This document shows positions 10,054 through 19,205 of a DNA stretch of 64,000 nt, one piece after another (within the stretch, counting starts at the first letter, position 1; every line of letters begins with the position of its first letter). The translations under genes and the position numbers were made by a program. Origin of the DNA: Candidatus Bathyarchaeia archaeon. GTDB lineage: Archaea > Thermoproteota > Bathyarchaeia > 40CM-2-53-6. Location: contig JBEKFP010000002.1 in NCBI GenBank assembly GCA_050013255.1, positions 224,001 through 288,000 of the forward strand, given 5' to 3'. The notes beneath the pieces are model-generated. The model ran no database searches and had not been told where the DNA came from. It was given only the letters and a program-made list of their open reading frames with translations.

Positions 10054-10938
10054 TTAGTCCCCCTCGATTCTAGCGGGTTCCAGGGGTTTTCGGATGTGAT
10101 TTTTCAGAGCATAGACGCTAGTGAGGATTAGTGCTACGCCAAGAACTCCAACTAACTCTAGTCCAGAGGAATTCGCGAAGTAAGCCGTTAGAAGATGCGC
10201 GAGCTGGGCCTGCAAGACTCCTATTTGCGCAGAGCCGGGTGCTGGAATCATTTGCCCCAGTAGGCCCAATGCAACGGTGACGATTCCCATCGTGACGAAC
10301 ATCAGGCCGGAAATGAGCTTTGATGAGTGTATCGTAACTTCGTGGCCGAATGTATTGAAGTGTAGAAGTCGTCCCTTCAATGGATTTTCTGCGCTAGGCA
10401 CATATCTGTCCCAAGCGAGGCCGATTACGAAGAGTGGAAAGACCATCCCAAGCACGTACGTGAACCCAATTAGCAATCCCTCTAAGATTCCGGCTGATAA
10501 TGCGGATAATACGAGGACTCCAGCTAGTACGGGGGCGCAACATGATGTGGCAGCCCCTGAGAACACACCCAACGTGTATACTGAGAGAACGTCGTTCTTG
10601 TTCAGGTTCACTGGCAATTGAAGTCGGGGGAGCATGCCTTGCCCCCAGAGGGTCCAGAATCCCAATATTATCATTAGGAATCCGCCGATCACGAAGACCA
10701 AACTGTGACTTGCTCTAATCGTCTGTGCGAGGGCGACAACTCCTAGGGCTAGAGGCAACATAATGGTTGCGATTCCGGATGAGAAGACGACGGTCATGCC
10801 AATGAGCCTTGCCTTCTGTTTGAAGCTTTGCGCAAAGTAGGATGGGAGGAGGACGCTGAAACAGCAGGGCATAGCGAGAGCAACTATCCCCGCCACAAAG
10901 GCGATGATCATGTAGGCAAGAAGTAGTAAGGACATCAA
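10054..10938 (-). CDS. CcdA/DsbD-type transmembrane disulfide transporter
   Basis: AMPCCFSVLLP and SCCAPVL motifs in multi-TM protein. Confidence 0.82.
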   Translation of the reverse strand: MMSLLLLAYMIIAFVAGIVALAMPCCFSVLLPSYFAQSFKQKARLIGMTVVFSSGIATIMLPLALGVVALAQTIRASHSLVFVIGGFLMIILGFWTLWGQGMLPRLQLPVNLNKNDVLSVYTLGVFSGAATSCCAPVLAGVLVLSALSAGILEGLLIGFTYVLGMVFPLFVIGLAWDRYVPSAENPLKGRLLHFNTFGHEVTIHSSKLISGLMFVTMGIVTVALGLLGQMIPAPGSAQIGVLQAQLAHLLTAYFANSSGLELVGVLGVALILTSVYALKNHIRKPLEPARIEGD

Positions 10939-11201
10939 GTTCCAATCTCGTTTGATTTACGAATTTCCATAACCATTGCGTTGGCATCGATCTTGCCTTT
11001 CGCGATCATGGCGCCGTTGAGGAAGACAGCCGGTGGGTAGAGAATTCCATTTTCCATTGCCAGTTTGGTTCCAACTGGGGACGTGAACTCTACTTCCTCA
11101 ATCGTGAGATTCGGCATATCCGCCTGCAGTTCGCTGAGGATGCGTTTGATGCGTAGGCACGGGGTGCATCCGAGACTTGAAACGAAACGTATCTTTGGCA
11201 T
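10935..11201 (-). CDS. Thioredoxin/glutaredoxin-like protein
   Basis: CTPC motif; YPPAVFLNG cis-Pro loop. Confidence 0.8.
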   Translation of the reverse strand: MPKIRFVSSLGCTPCLRIKRILSELQADMPNLTIEEVEFTSPVGTKLAMENGILYPPAVFLNGAMIAKGKIDANAMVMEIRKSNEIGT

Positions 11202-11208
11202 TACGCAA

Positions 11209-11940
11209 TTACGTCCCTAGTGCTTTCGTCACCGCGGCCAAGAGGTCGGTGTTCTGGACATACATGCTGTTGGGTCCGTAGTCCTGTCTCCAGATCACCA
11301 TGCCGGCCTTGTTGATCAGGATGAAGGTGTGCGTCATCATGCTGCCGCCGGTACCAACCGGGTGATACAGGTTGAAGGCCACCTCCCCGGGGTCGGCGAG
11401 CACCTTACCATGCTGCGGGCCACCCGCTCCCATCCAACTGCGCAGCTGGTCAACACTATTCGGAGTCACGCTAACAACCAAAACGTTCATGCGACTAAAC
11501 TGAGCGTTTAATCCGTCAAGGTCATGCATCTGCTGCAGGCAGGGTTGGCAGCTTAGCCCTTCGTTGAACAATAAGAGGACGTTAGACTTTCCCTGATAAT
11601 CAGATAACGTGAATGTCCCCCCTGCTACGTCTTGAAGGGTAAAGTTCGGAGCAGTTGACCCAACACCAAGAATTGACCCGCCCGCTTCTCTTGGCGTAAG
11701 CGCAACATATCCGATGACGCCCGCGGCGATAATTAGAATGAGAAGGAATACTGCCAGCTTGGTCTTCGAAGGGCCCTGTGCGTAGTGAACCGTAGCCTTG
11801 TATGTGTCCAGTTCCTTCTCGGCTGCTAGCTGCCTCTCCAGCTCATGTGGCCTTTGCGCGTTGTGATGCTTTGTGTCGAAATGTTGCGAGAGTGCAGCAT
11901 AAGACACGAATTTTCTATGGCAACGTTCACATTCAACCAA
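11209..11940 (-). CDS. C2H2 zinc finger + TM + AhpC/TSA-like redoxin domain protein
   Basis: CERC..KF...AL..H...KH N-terminus; TM; APNFTL...LSDY.GK, CQPC, TFILINK.G. Confidence 0.78.
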   Translation of the reverse strand: MVECERCHRKFVSYAALSQHFDTKHHNAQRPHELERQLAAEKELDTYKATVHYAQGPSKTKLAVFLLILIIAAGVIGYVALTPREAGGSILGVGSTAPNFTLQDVAGGTFTLSDYQGKSNVLLLFNEGLSCQPCLQQMHDLDGLNAQFSRMNVLVVSVTPNSVDQLRSWMGAGGPQHGKVLADPGEVAFNLYHPVGTGGSMMTHTFILINKAGMVIWRQDYGPNSMYVQNTDLLAAVTKALGT

Positions 11941-12262
11941 CGTAGTTTGCTCCAGTTGGAGCTGATACGATTAGGGAGTTGTCTTAAACGGAGCGTCCAC
12001 AGTGAAATACAGAGTCTTGCTTATTTTCAGTTTCATTTTCCGTTTTCATTTTTTCTGGGGGATGGATCTTCGGTTTGATTTCACTGCAACCTAGGAACCA
12101 TCAAAAAATTGGAAGTTGACTCTCTGAACCGCTTCGGCCTGACACATTTTTCGAGGAACGCAACGTAACGCGGGGAGTAGTCGCATTGTAAATAATGTAA
12201 GGAAAACATGTACACGGGGCTTAAGTGAGGTTCTCAGTCATTACTACACGGAATTAAGAGCC

Positions 12263-12940
12263 ATGCAAAACAGAAGGGACATGGAATCGTCCAGAACTAA
12301 TCCTGTTTCACTTAGAGGTTGTGAGCTTATCATCATCATCCTAACCGCTGGTCTCGTTGGAGTTCTCTCGATTTATGTTGGTACGCATTACGCGACGGTC
12401 CCTGCCACTAATACGATTTCGCAGCAATCCGGTCCATTCAGGCTAACGCTCATGGAGATCATGGACACTGGTTGGAACTCCTCGATGGCCGCGCCTCAGT
12501 TCTCCATATTCGGGGTGAATGGGTTGGAGCCGGCGGGTAACATTCGTCTTCCCGTCCACACATTGATCCAGCTTACGATAATCTCCTACGATACGCCTAC
12601 CCCGGCCAGTACAGGCGAGCAGGGCAAAGTAACTGGAACGGTGGGGGGCACAGTTTACCTTGTCAACGGTACGACCGCTATGGGAACGAGCGTACCGCAA
12701 TCGTGGGGTCAAAATGTTACTTCAGTGTCCGGAAACATGCTTGCGCACACATTCACGATTCAGCAATTTGGAATCAATATTCCTGTGGTGGGGGGCGACA
12801 CGGAGGTAGCTTACCTATACCTCAACCAGACGGGCACGTTTCAGTGGATCTGCTTAACTCCTTGCGGCTTTGGCCCCACGGGAATGGGAGGGGCCATGTC
12901 AGCGTCGGGATGGATGGAGGGGCAGATCACAGTATACTGA
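12263..12940 (+). CDS. Membrane-anchored cupredoxin-like protein
   Basis: N-terminal TM; HTFTI and GTFQWICLTPCG...M...GWMEG.ITV C-terminus. Confidence 0.65.
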   Translation: MQNRRDMESSRTNPVSLRGCELIIIILTAGLVGVLSIYVGTHYATVPATNTISQQSGPFRLTLMEIMDTGWNSSMAAPQFSIFGVNGLEPAGNIRLPVHTLIQLTIISYDTPTPASTGEQGKVTGTVGGTVYLVNGTTAMGTSVPQSWGQNVTSVSGNMLAHTFTIQQFGINIPVVGGDTEVAYLYLNQTGTFQWICLTPCGFGPTGMGGAMSASGWMEGQITVY

Positions 12941-12989
12941 ACGCTTGACGATGCAACACTTTGTGTTTCAGTGTAGACACTTCCTTTAA

Positions 12990-13775
12990 TTGCATCACGG
13001 CGAGCTCTCTGATGAAATGGCGTGGATTAAGATGAAGAACACGAATGCATTCGCTATCGTACTTCTGGCAGTCGGTCTTGGGAGTCTGGTGCTGGGGTTG
13101 GGTTACTCAGCGTATACGGCTACGTCATACTTGCGGTCCACGAATTGGATTAGCCGAAACGGGAACCAGTACATGATGGGACAGTGGCAGCAATGGTCTC
13201 AGCAACCTCAATCCTCCTCTAACACCGTTATCACGCTAGATCAGGCCAAGCAGATTGCACAGCAATATCTGACTGCAACAGGGAACTCCAACTTGGCGAT
13301 TAAGGAGATCATGGAGTTCCAAAACAACTTCTACATCATCGTCTACGAGAAAGACACTGGCCGAGGGGCCTTCGAGATGCTCATTTGGAAACAAGTTCCG
13401 ACTTCAGGTATGATGGGCGGAGGAATGATGAACGCACGAATTACGACTGGTATCATCATGCCTGAACCAGGTCCAAACATGATGTGGAACACGAAATACA
13501 GCTACATGGGCTCTGGGATGATGGGAACTAGAAACCAAGCGTCCTCAACCGTCACAGTTTCCGAAAGCCAAGCCCAGCAAATCGCCCAGGCGTACCTTAA
13601 CGCGAACTTTCAGAACGCCAAGACTGAGATGGCTACTCAGTTCTACGGCTACTACACCTTTGACTTCACAGTGGACGGGAAGATTGCTGGAATGCTAAGC
13701 GTAAACGGAAATACCGGTCAAGTTTGGTATCACTCTTGGCATGGCGACTTCATCCAAGAGGTCGAATTTGATTAA
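12990..13775 (+). CDS. Met-rich exported protein with PepSY-like repeats
   Basis: Signal/TM, GMMGG segments, two ..QA.QIAQ.YL repeats, PEPGPNMMWNTKY, QVWYHSWHG. Confidence 0.65.
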   Translation: MHHGELSDEMAWIKMKNTNAFAIVLLAVGLGSLVLGLGYSAYTATSYLRSTNWISRNGNQYMMGQWQQWSQQPQSSSNTVITLDQAKQIAQQYLTATGNSNLAIKEIMEFQNNFYIIVYEKDTGRGAFEMLIWKQVPTSGMMGGGMMNARITTGIIMPEPGPNMMWNTKYSYMGSGMMGTRNQASSTVTVSESQAQQIAQAYLNANFQNAKTEMATQFYGYYTFDFTVDGKIAGMLSVNGNTGQVWYHSWHGDFIQEVEFD

Positions 13776-13798
13776 GCATGTGGAGGTGAAATCGCAAA

Positions 13799-14227
13799 AT
13801 GACAGAAGTGGAGAAGCCAGGCACCGCATTTGTTCTCTCGTTGATCGGCGGCATCTTCATCCTCTTAGGCGGAGGTGCGATGACTATGCTTGGTTCGTGG
13901 ATGGGAAATTACGGTTACGGGATGATGGGCGGCTATGGTGGATGGGGCGGTAGGATGGGACCGGGTTTCGGAATGATGGGAGGTCTTGGCTACGGCTTCG
14001 GTTTCCTTGGGGTACTGGGCCTGATTTTCGGACTCATAGTAATCATCAGCGCTCTTATGTTGAACAACAAACCTGAACAACACTCGACCTGGGGCACATT
14101 GATCATTGTCTTCTCGGTGCTGAGCATCTTCGGGAGCGCAATGGGCGGCTTCGGAATAGGACTGATTCTCGGCCTTATCGGCGGAATACTGGGAGTAACT
14201 TGGAAGCCACCGCAGTCCAAGGCATAG
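13799..14227 (+). CDS. Gly/Met-rich small membrane protein
   Basis: Several TMs with GMMGG-rich loop; GGAGGTGA RBS. Confidence 0.7.
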   Translation: MTEVEKPGTAFVLSLIGGIFILLGGGAMTMLGSWMGNYGYGMMGGYGGWGGRMGPGFGMMGGLGYGFGFLGVLGLIFGLIVIISALMLNNKPEQHSTWGTLIIVFSVLSIFGSAMGGFGIGLILGLIGGILGVTWKPPQSKA

Positions 14228-14246
14228 CCAGTTTCGTCCTGCGGGC

Positions 14247-14786
14247 CTACATGTTGGGGATCGTCACGGACACCGATCTGTCGCTCATCTCTATTTTCGG
14301 TGTTACTCCTATCAATCCGAACATTGCGGTCAGGTAGTGTACCAAGAAAATTGACCAGTTGAGGCCAAAATCATGGATTAGGGATACGTTTTGTCCTTGT
14401 GAGTCGACCGTTTCGCTCATCTCGCAGAGGTGAGCATAGGTAGCAAGATAACGCATATGGTCAAGCAGGGCTTTCATGTCAACCCGCCCGCTCTTGGCCG
14501 TAGCCAACGCCTGCGGGACTCCACTGCCGGACGCCTTGGCTACTTCAATCACCCTTTCCGTGTCGAGAGATGAGAGTAGGCCGCGGAACGTGGAGCTGCT
14601 CAATTTTACAGTGTTTATCTTGCGAGCGAATCGGTCGTAGTCAGCGTACTGCTTGAAAATCTGATTGACAAGAGTGTTCAGGCTTACGTTTTGTGTTTCC
14701 GCATCTTTTTCTATGGCTTGAAGTGCCGCTTCGTCGACTCTGAAGGATTTCGGGACTGTCCTGGTCTTGCCAGCTTTGGGTGGCAT
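14247..14786 (-). CDS. Ribbon-helix-helix regulator with C-terminal ligand-binding-like domain
   Basis: KSFRVDE..L..IE..A....VSLNTLVNQIF RHH pattern; H.FG..WS.F motif. Confidence 0.65.
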   Translation of the reverse strand: MPPKAGKTRTVPKSFRVDEAALQAIEKDAETQNVSLNTLVNQIFKQYADYDRFARKINTVKLSSSTFRGLLSSLDTERVIEVAKASGSGVPQALATAKSGRVDMKALLDHMRYLATYAHLCEMSETVDSQGQNVSLIHDFGLNWSIFLVHYLTAMFGLIGVTPKIEMSDRSVSVTIPNM

Positions 14787-14957
14787 GGACGTTCACATGA
14801 CGACAAAAGTTCTTTGGAATGTTAAGCTTGTGGCCCAACCTCGAGGACTAATCAGTTGCCAGCGAAAGGCCTGACAGTTTCGGTAATTCGTGGAATCGCG
14901 CGTTGGCAACAAGCTTACATACATTCAATTATCACAATATAGCACGAGGATGATTGT

Positions 14958-15098
14958 ATGGCAGTCGACCCAGTTTGTAAGATGAACGTCCAGGAATCCC
15001 AAGCGAAGTACACCAGTTCACAGAACGACAAGAAATACTATTTCTGCTCAGCTGCCTGCAAATCAGAGTTCGACCGAAACCCAACAAAATACATCTAA
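14958..15098 (+). CDS. Second YHS/TRASH-domain microprotein, 46 aa (not in ORF track)
   Basis: Translated by hand: MAVDPVCKMNVQESQAKYTSSQNDKKYYFCSAACKSEFDRNPTKYI. Confidence 0.88.
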   Translation: MAVDPVCKMNVQESQAKYTSSQNDKKYYFCSAACKSEFDRNPTKYI

Positions 15099-15392
15099 AA
15101 GACCTCACTGGCAGTATTCATTTTCGTACGATATGCTATTTTTCAGTTACAAAATACGCAAAACTCCGCAATTCACTGTGTACGCTCTGCTTAAGACGAA
15201 AGATTTCTGGAATGTTGAGCGTCAATGGTAGCGCTGGGCAGATCTGGGACCATTCTTGGCACGTTGACTTTCTCGAAAGTGTATCTCTGCGTCCTATTTC
15301 CCTTTGAACCATGTGATTTGTGTGGCCTATGGGTATCTCTTAAATCGACTATCCACAAACAATGCGGTGCGAAGACTTGAGTCAGGATTCGC

Positions 15393-16586
15393 ATGTATGA
15401 CCTTATCGTGGTGGGGGCCGGTCCGGCGGGAGCGTCGGCCGCGAGAGCTGCAGCCCAGCTGGGATTGAAAACCCTCTTACTCGAAAAGGAAAAGCTACCG
15501 CGAAGCAAGCTCTGTGGCGGAGGCGTAACGCCCAAGGTTCTCAAGCTATTCGACTTCAACCTGCCTAATGATCTCGTGGAATGCGCCCCCAAATCGACTA
15601 GGATACACGTGGGCGAGAACTGCTTCAAATTCGAGACAGACCGCACACTGGTATACATGACCTCTCGCATTCGATTCGATGCTTTCCTAACGGAGAAAGC
15701 TGTGGAAGCAGGCGCTGAGCTCAGGGACGGAACCTGCGTGAATCGAATTGAAAATGCGGGCACCCACGTGCAAGTGAAGACCGCGAACTCCGGGTTTCAA
15801 TCCAAGATGATAATCGGCGCCGATGGGATGGGCGGTCCAACAGCGAGTTACGGCGGTTTCTACGACCGGTGGAAACCCTACGAAGTCGCGTATGCCATCG
15901 AGAGTGAGGTTCCTGTTGGGGAGAGGGGCGTACAGGATTTCGTTGGCTCAGAATCCTACTTCGACATATACTTTGGCGTGTCCTCCGCCGGGTACGGCTG
16001 GGTTTTCCCAAAGGACGACCACCTTACAGTGGGAGTGGGTTGCCGTTTGAGCAAACTCCGCGACGCCCACGCGTTGTTCAACGGGTTTGTAAAACAAGTC
16101 CCTCAGCTTACGGGGCGAGAAATCCCAAAGCCGCAGGCTCACTTGATTCCGCTTGGAGGTGTGGCGAAGGTCCCATCGGCTACTGACGGAATTTTGCTTG
16201 CCGGAGATTCTGCGGGTTTCGCCGAACCCCTACTTGGCGAGGGAATTTACTTCTCGATCTTGGGTGCACAAATTGCCGCACAAACGGCCGCCGAAGCATG
16301 CCAGAACAACCGGTTCGACAAAGATTTTCTCAACCGCTACGAGCAACGATGCAGAAAAGCCTTCGGAACTGATTTTGATGTTGCCTATCGTGTAGCTTGT
16401 TTCAGCTACCTGGAACAATATGATATGGACCGAGTGGCCAAGTTCTTTTTCTCCGAGAGGAAGGTGCAGGAGTGCATGGTAGGATTAATGGACGGGTCGT
16501 TACGATATCGGGATGTGGAACTGAAGTTGGCGTGGCCTTACTTCAAATACCGCCTCGCCAAGTTGGGGCTACCCTTCTCCTCCTGA
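15393..16586 (+). CDS. Geranylgeranyl reductase family flavoprotein (second paralogue)
   Basis: GAGPAG, PR.KLCGGG, GYGWVFPK, GDSAGFAEPLLGEGI. Confidence 0.88.
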   Translation: MYDLIVVGAGPAGASAARAAAQLGLKTLLLEKEKLPRSKLCGGGVTPKVLKLFDFNLPNDLVECAPKSTRIHVGENCFKFETDRTLVYMTSRIRFDAFLTEKAVEAGAELRDGTCVNRIENAGTHVQVKTANSGFQSKMIIGADGMGGPTASYGGFYDRWKPYEVAYAIESEVPVGERGVQDFVGSESYFDIYFGVSSAGYGWVFPKDDHLTVGVGCRLSKLRDAHALFNGFVKQVPQLTGREIPKPQAHLIPLGGVAKVPSATDGILLAGDSAGFAEPLLGEGIYFSILGAQIAAQTAAEACQNNRFDKDFLNRYEQRCRKAFGTDFDVAYRVACFSYLEQYDMDRVAKFFFSERKVQECMVGLMDGSLRYRDVELKLAWPYFKYRLAKLGLPFSS

Positions 16587-16638
16587 AGCAGCCCATATAC
16601 TGAAAACCCGCGGTCACTACCATGGGTATGAGTGCAGA

Positions 16639-17673
16639 ATGAAAGCAAGTTTCGATCGAAACGAGTTTTACAGTCGACAAATAGTGCTAAGCGAGCTGGG
16701 TGTAAGCGGCCAAAAGAAACTCAGGGACTCAAAAGTCGCCGTCGTAGGTTTGGGCGGCCTAGGAAGTGTTTCAGCACTTTACCTTGCCTTAGCCGGCCTC
16801 GGTAGACTGACACTTGTGGACCAGGACACCGTTGAAATGAACAATTTACACCGACAGGTCCTGTATTCTCTCGAAGACATCAGGTACCCCAAGGTCGAAG
16901 CAGCCGCACGAAGGATTAACATGATCAACCCGGAAGTTGAAGTCAACCCCGTCCCAGAGAATTTGGAAGCCGAGAATGTTTCAGCAATTTTGGAGGGAGC
17001 GGATTGCGTAGTCGATGGGCTTGACAACATGCAGACAAGGTACACAATCAACCAATATTGCGTAGAGAGGAAGATACCATTCGTTTTTGGTGGCGCAATC
17101 GGAATGGAAGGAAACGTAGCGTTACTCAAGAGCCCCGAAACCCCCTGCCTCCAATGCGTCTTACCAGGCTTGAAAGACGTAGACCTTCCAACCTGCGATA
17201 CTCGCGGGGTCCTGGGCGCGACAACGGGGATTGTCGGCGCCATTCAAGCGTTGGAGGCTATCAAAGCCCTTGCGGGAATTGAACCACAATCCAAAGGCAA
17301 ATTGTTGATCTTCGACTTCGCACAGTCAGAATATAGAACGGTGAACCTGAGCATCCGACCAGATTGTGAAATCTGCCAAGTAAAACCAACCAGTACCGCT
17401 ACCTACGCACGTCGGCTCGCGTGGCTGTGCGGGTCTGATACTGCCAATGTCAACCCGGAGAAACCTCTTTCGCTCGATTTAGAAAAACTGACCCGAACCG
17501 TTAGTCGAAACTACAAAGTGCTTTTGGCGACCTCGATGGTTATTGTCTTCGACTTCAATGGACATGAAATAAGCCTATTTAGGAAAGGACGAATGCTCAT
17601 CAAGAACGTCCGAGATGAGAGAGAGGCCATTTCAGTTTCGAGTGAAGTTACCAAGTTTCTTGATGCGGGTTGA
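16639..17673 (+). CDS. ThiF/MoeB/HesA family E1-like adenylyltransferase with C-terminal extension domain
   Basis: YSRQ, VGLGGLG, D.D.VE.NNLHRQ, PCLQC and DCEIC Zn motifs, TCDTRGV. Confidence 0.9.
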   Translation: MKASFDRNEFYSRQIVLSELGVSGQKKLRDSKVAVVGLGGLGSVSALYLALAGLGRLTLVDQDTVEMNNLHRQVLYSLEDIRYPKVEAAARRINMINPEVEVNPVPENLEAENVSAILEGADCVVDGLDNMQTRYTINQYCVERKIPFVFGGAIGMEGNVALLKSPETPCLQCVLPGLKDVDLPTCDTRGVLGATTGIVGAIQALEAIKALAGIEPQSKGKLLIFDFAQSEYRTVNLSIRPDCEICQVKPTSTATYARRLAWLCGSDTANVNPEKPLSLDLEKLTRTVSRNYKVLLATSMVIVFDFNGHEISLFRKGRMLIKNVRDEREAISVSSEVTKFLDAG

Positions 17674-18365
17674 CAGAAGTGACACTTCAGACGTTGGCTC
17701 CAAAATGGCCGAGCCTAAAGTTGTCCGGGCGGTCGGTCTTTCTCATTTCAGGTGGCATTGATTCTCCCGTAGCAGCGTGGCTGCTGATTCGGAAGGGTGT
17801 TGAACCCGTCTTCGCCTATTTCGACAATTATCCGTTATGCGACCAGGCAGCTGAGGGCATAGCCTTAGAGACCATTCGTAAAGTCTGCGAGCGGACGAAG
17901 GTTCAAAATTCACACGTATTCATTGTATCACATTCACCGGACCTCCAGGAGATATTGTCAAAATGCCCTACCAAGTTTGCATGTATGCTTTCTCGGCGTG
18001 TGATGTTCAGGGTTGCCGAACGAATAGCTGAGCGTGAGAAATGTTCTGCGATCGTTACGGGTGACGCTGTTGGACAGAAGGCAAGCCAGACGCTTCAGAA
18101 TATTGTAGCGGCAGACTGCGTTCTCAGCAAGGTGCGTGTGCTCAGGCCCCTCGTGGGTATGAATAAGCAGCAAATTGTGACGTATGCTAAAGAGATTGGA
18201 ACCTACGAGATTTCGATACGCCCAGGGGTCGCCAGCTGTGGGGTTCCAACAAACAACCCCAGCACCTCTGCAAAGAAGAATCAACTCGCGGATGTCGAGG
18301 CGGCGTTGGACATGGAAGGGATGGTTAGCAGAGATGTTGAGAACGCCCGCGTCATTTCCATTTAG
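17670..18365 (+). CDS. ThiI-like PP-loop sulfurtransferase, catalytic domain only
   Basis: SGGIDSPVA, TGDAVGQKASQTL, RPLVGMNK..I...AKEIGTY; no NFLD/THUMP domain. Confidence 0.8.
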   Translation: MTEVTLQTLAPKWPSLKLSGRSVFLISGGIDSPVAAWLLIRKGVEPVFAYFDNYPLCDQAAEGIALETIRKVCERTKVQNSHVFIVSHSPDLQEILSKCPTKFACMLSRRVMFRVAERIAEREKCSAIVTGDAVGQKASQTLQNIVAADCVLSKVRVLRPLVGMNKQQIVTYAKEIGTYEISIRPGVASCGVPTNNPSTSAKKNQLADVEAALDMEGMVSRDVENARVISI

Positions 18366-18368
18366 AGT

Positions 18369-18653
18369 TTAGTTGTGGAAATCTTTCATTACTAGGCTCA
18401 TAACATCTGTGGCGGCAGCATGCGCAACCTGCTCGGAGCTAGCTTTCCGAACTATCATCCGTCCATCCCTTCTAAGGGTGATTTCCGTTCCAGTCTTGTT
18501 CCTCAGGATAACGAAATGCGGTGTCCACATCATCAATTCGTGTTTGTGGATTGGCTGACCTTTCATGCCCTCAATATCGACCGCTAGAGGCTTCCTTGGA
18601 ATAGCTTCGACGGAAAGGTGATCCGAACACAACTTGAAAAAAAACGGCATCAT
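18369..18653 (-). CDS. Stand-alone homologue of the ThiF C-terminal extension domain (start probably ATG 18653)
   Basis: Aligns by eye with C-terminus of 16639..17673 (LC..P.KPL..D.E, G.EI.L.R.GRM). Confidence 0.6.
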   Translation of the reverse strand: MMPFFFKLCSDHLSVEAIPRKPLAVDIEGMKGQPIHKHELMMWTPHFVILRNKTGTEITLRRDGRMIVRKASSEQVAHAAATDVMSLVMKDFHN

Positions 18654-18771
18654 TTCCCGCTGAGAATCAGTCACCCAGATCACCATGAGTTGAGAACTGT
18701 CATCGAATTGCAACTACACGTGCAGGTTTATTAGAGCTATGTGCCCCAACGATTCGATTGCCGGGGAGAAT

Positions 18772-18921
18772 GCCGGGGTTGGTCTTTGGCTCTATAGCCT
18801 ATGGCCACCGAAGGCCGAACGGTCCAGGCGGCGGGCTGCAGTAGACTAAAGCTTGCCGCAACCCGCAGTATAGAAAGCGAAAAAATCGCTGAGGTGGGTT
18901 CAATTCCCATCCCCGGCTCCA
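18772..18921 (+). tRNA. tRNA-Cys(GCA) with three predicted introns (18780-18812, 18842-18860, 18872-18893)
   Basis: Acceptor GCCGGGG/CCCCGGC, U73, encoded CCA, anticodon stem GCGGG/CCCGC with CT-GCA-G, T arm GTGGG-TTCAATT-CCCAT; removal of three BHB-flanked segments gives a normal cloverleaf. Confidence 0.88.
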
Positions 18922-19205
18922 AAATCTTCTGCGATTTAGGTCATGAAGCCAAGATTGGAGTTCTGAGAGAAAACTATTCTCTATATTGCGAGCGATGACT
19001 CATAAGTCTTATCCAAATTAAGCATTCGAAAGGTTCTGACAACGAGATTTGGTGCGGCCGCCAAGATTCAGCATTTGAAAGACTAAATCTCCTCAGCCTT
19101 CGACCTTACTTCTTCAGAACCCTAGAACCCTATCGCGCCTAATTAGCGAAAACAATAAACAGGCAGGTGGCGGGTTGAGTTTGGATTGAGGTTTGGTTTC
19201 ACTCA

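Noticed and set aside
18759-18778. Second TGCCGGGG 12 bp upstream of the tRNA-Cys start (alternative 5' end or fourth intron)
   Set aside because: Not followed by U8 and no convincing BHB could be drawn.
18867-18893. Long variable arm (Leu/Ser/Sec-type tRNA)
   Set aside because: GCA anticodon with U73 indicates Cys, and the segment forms a full BHB, so an intron fits better.
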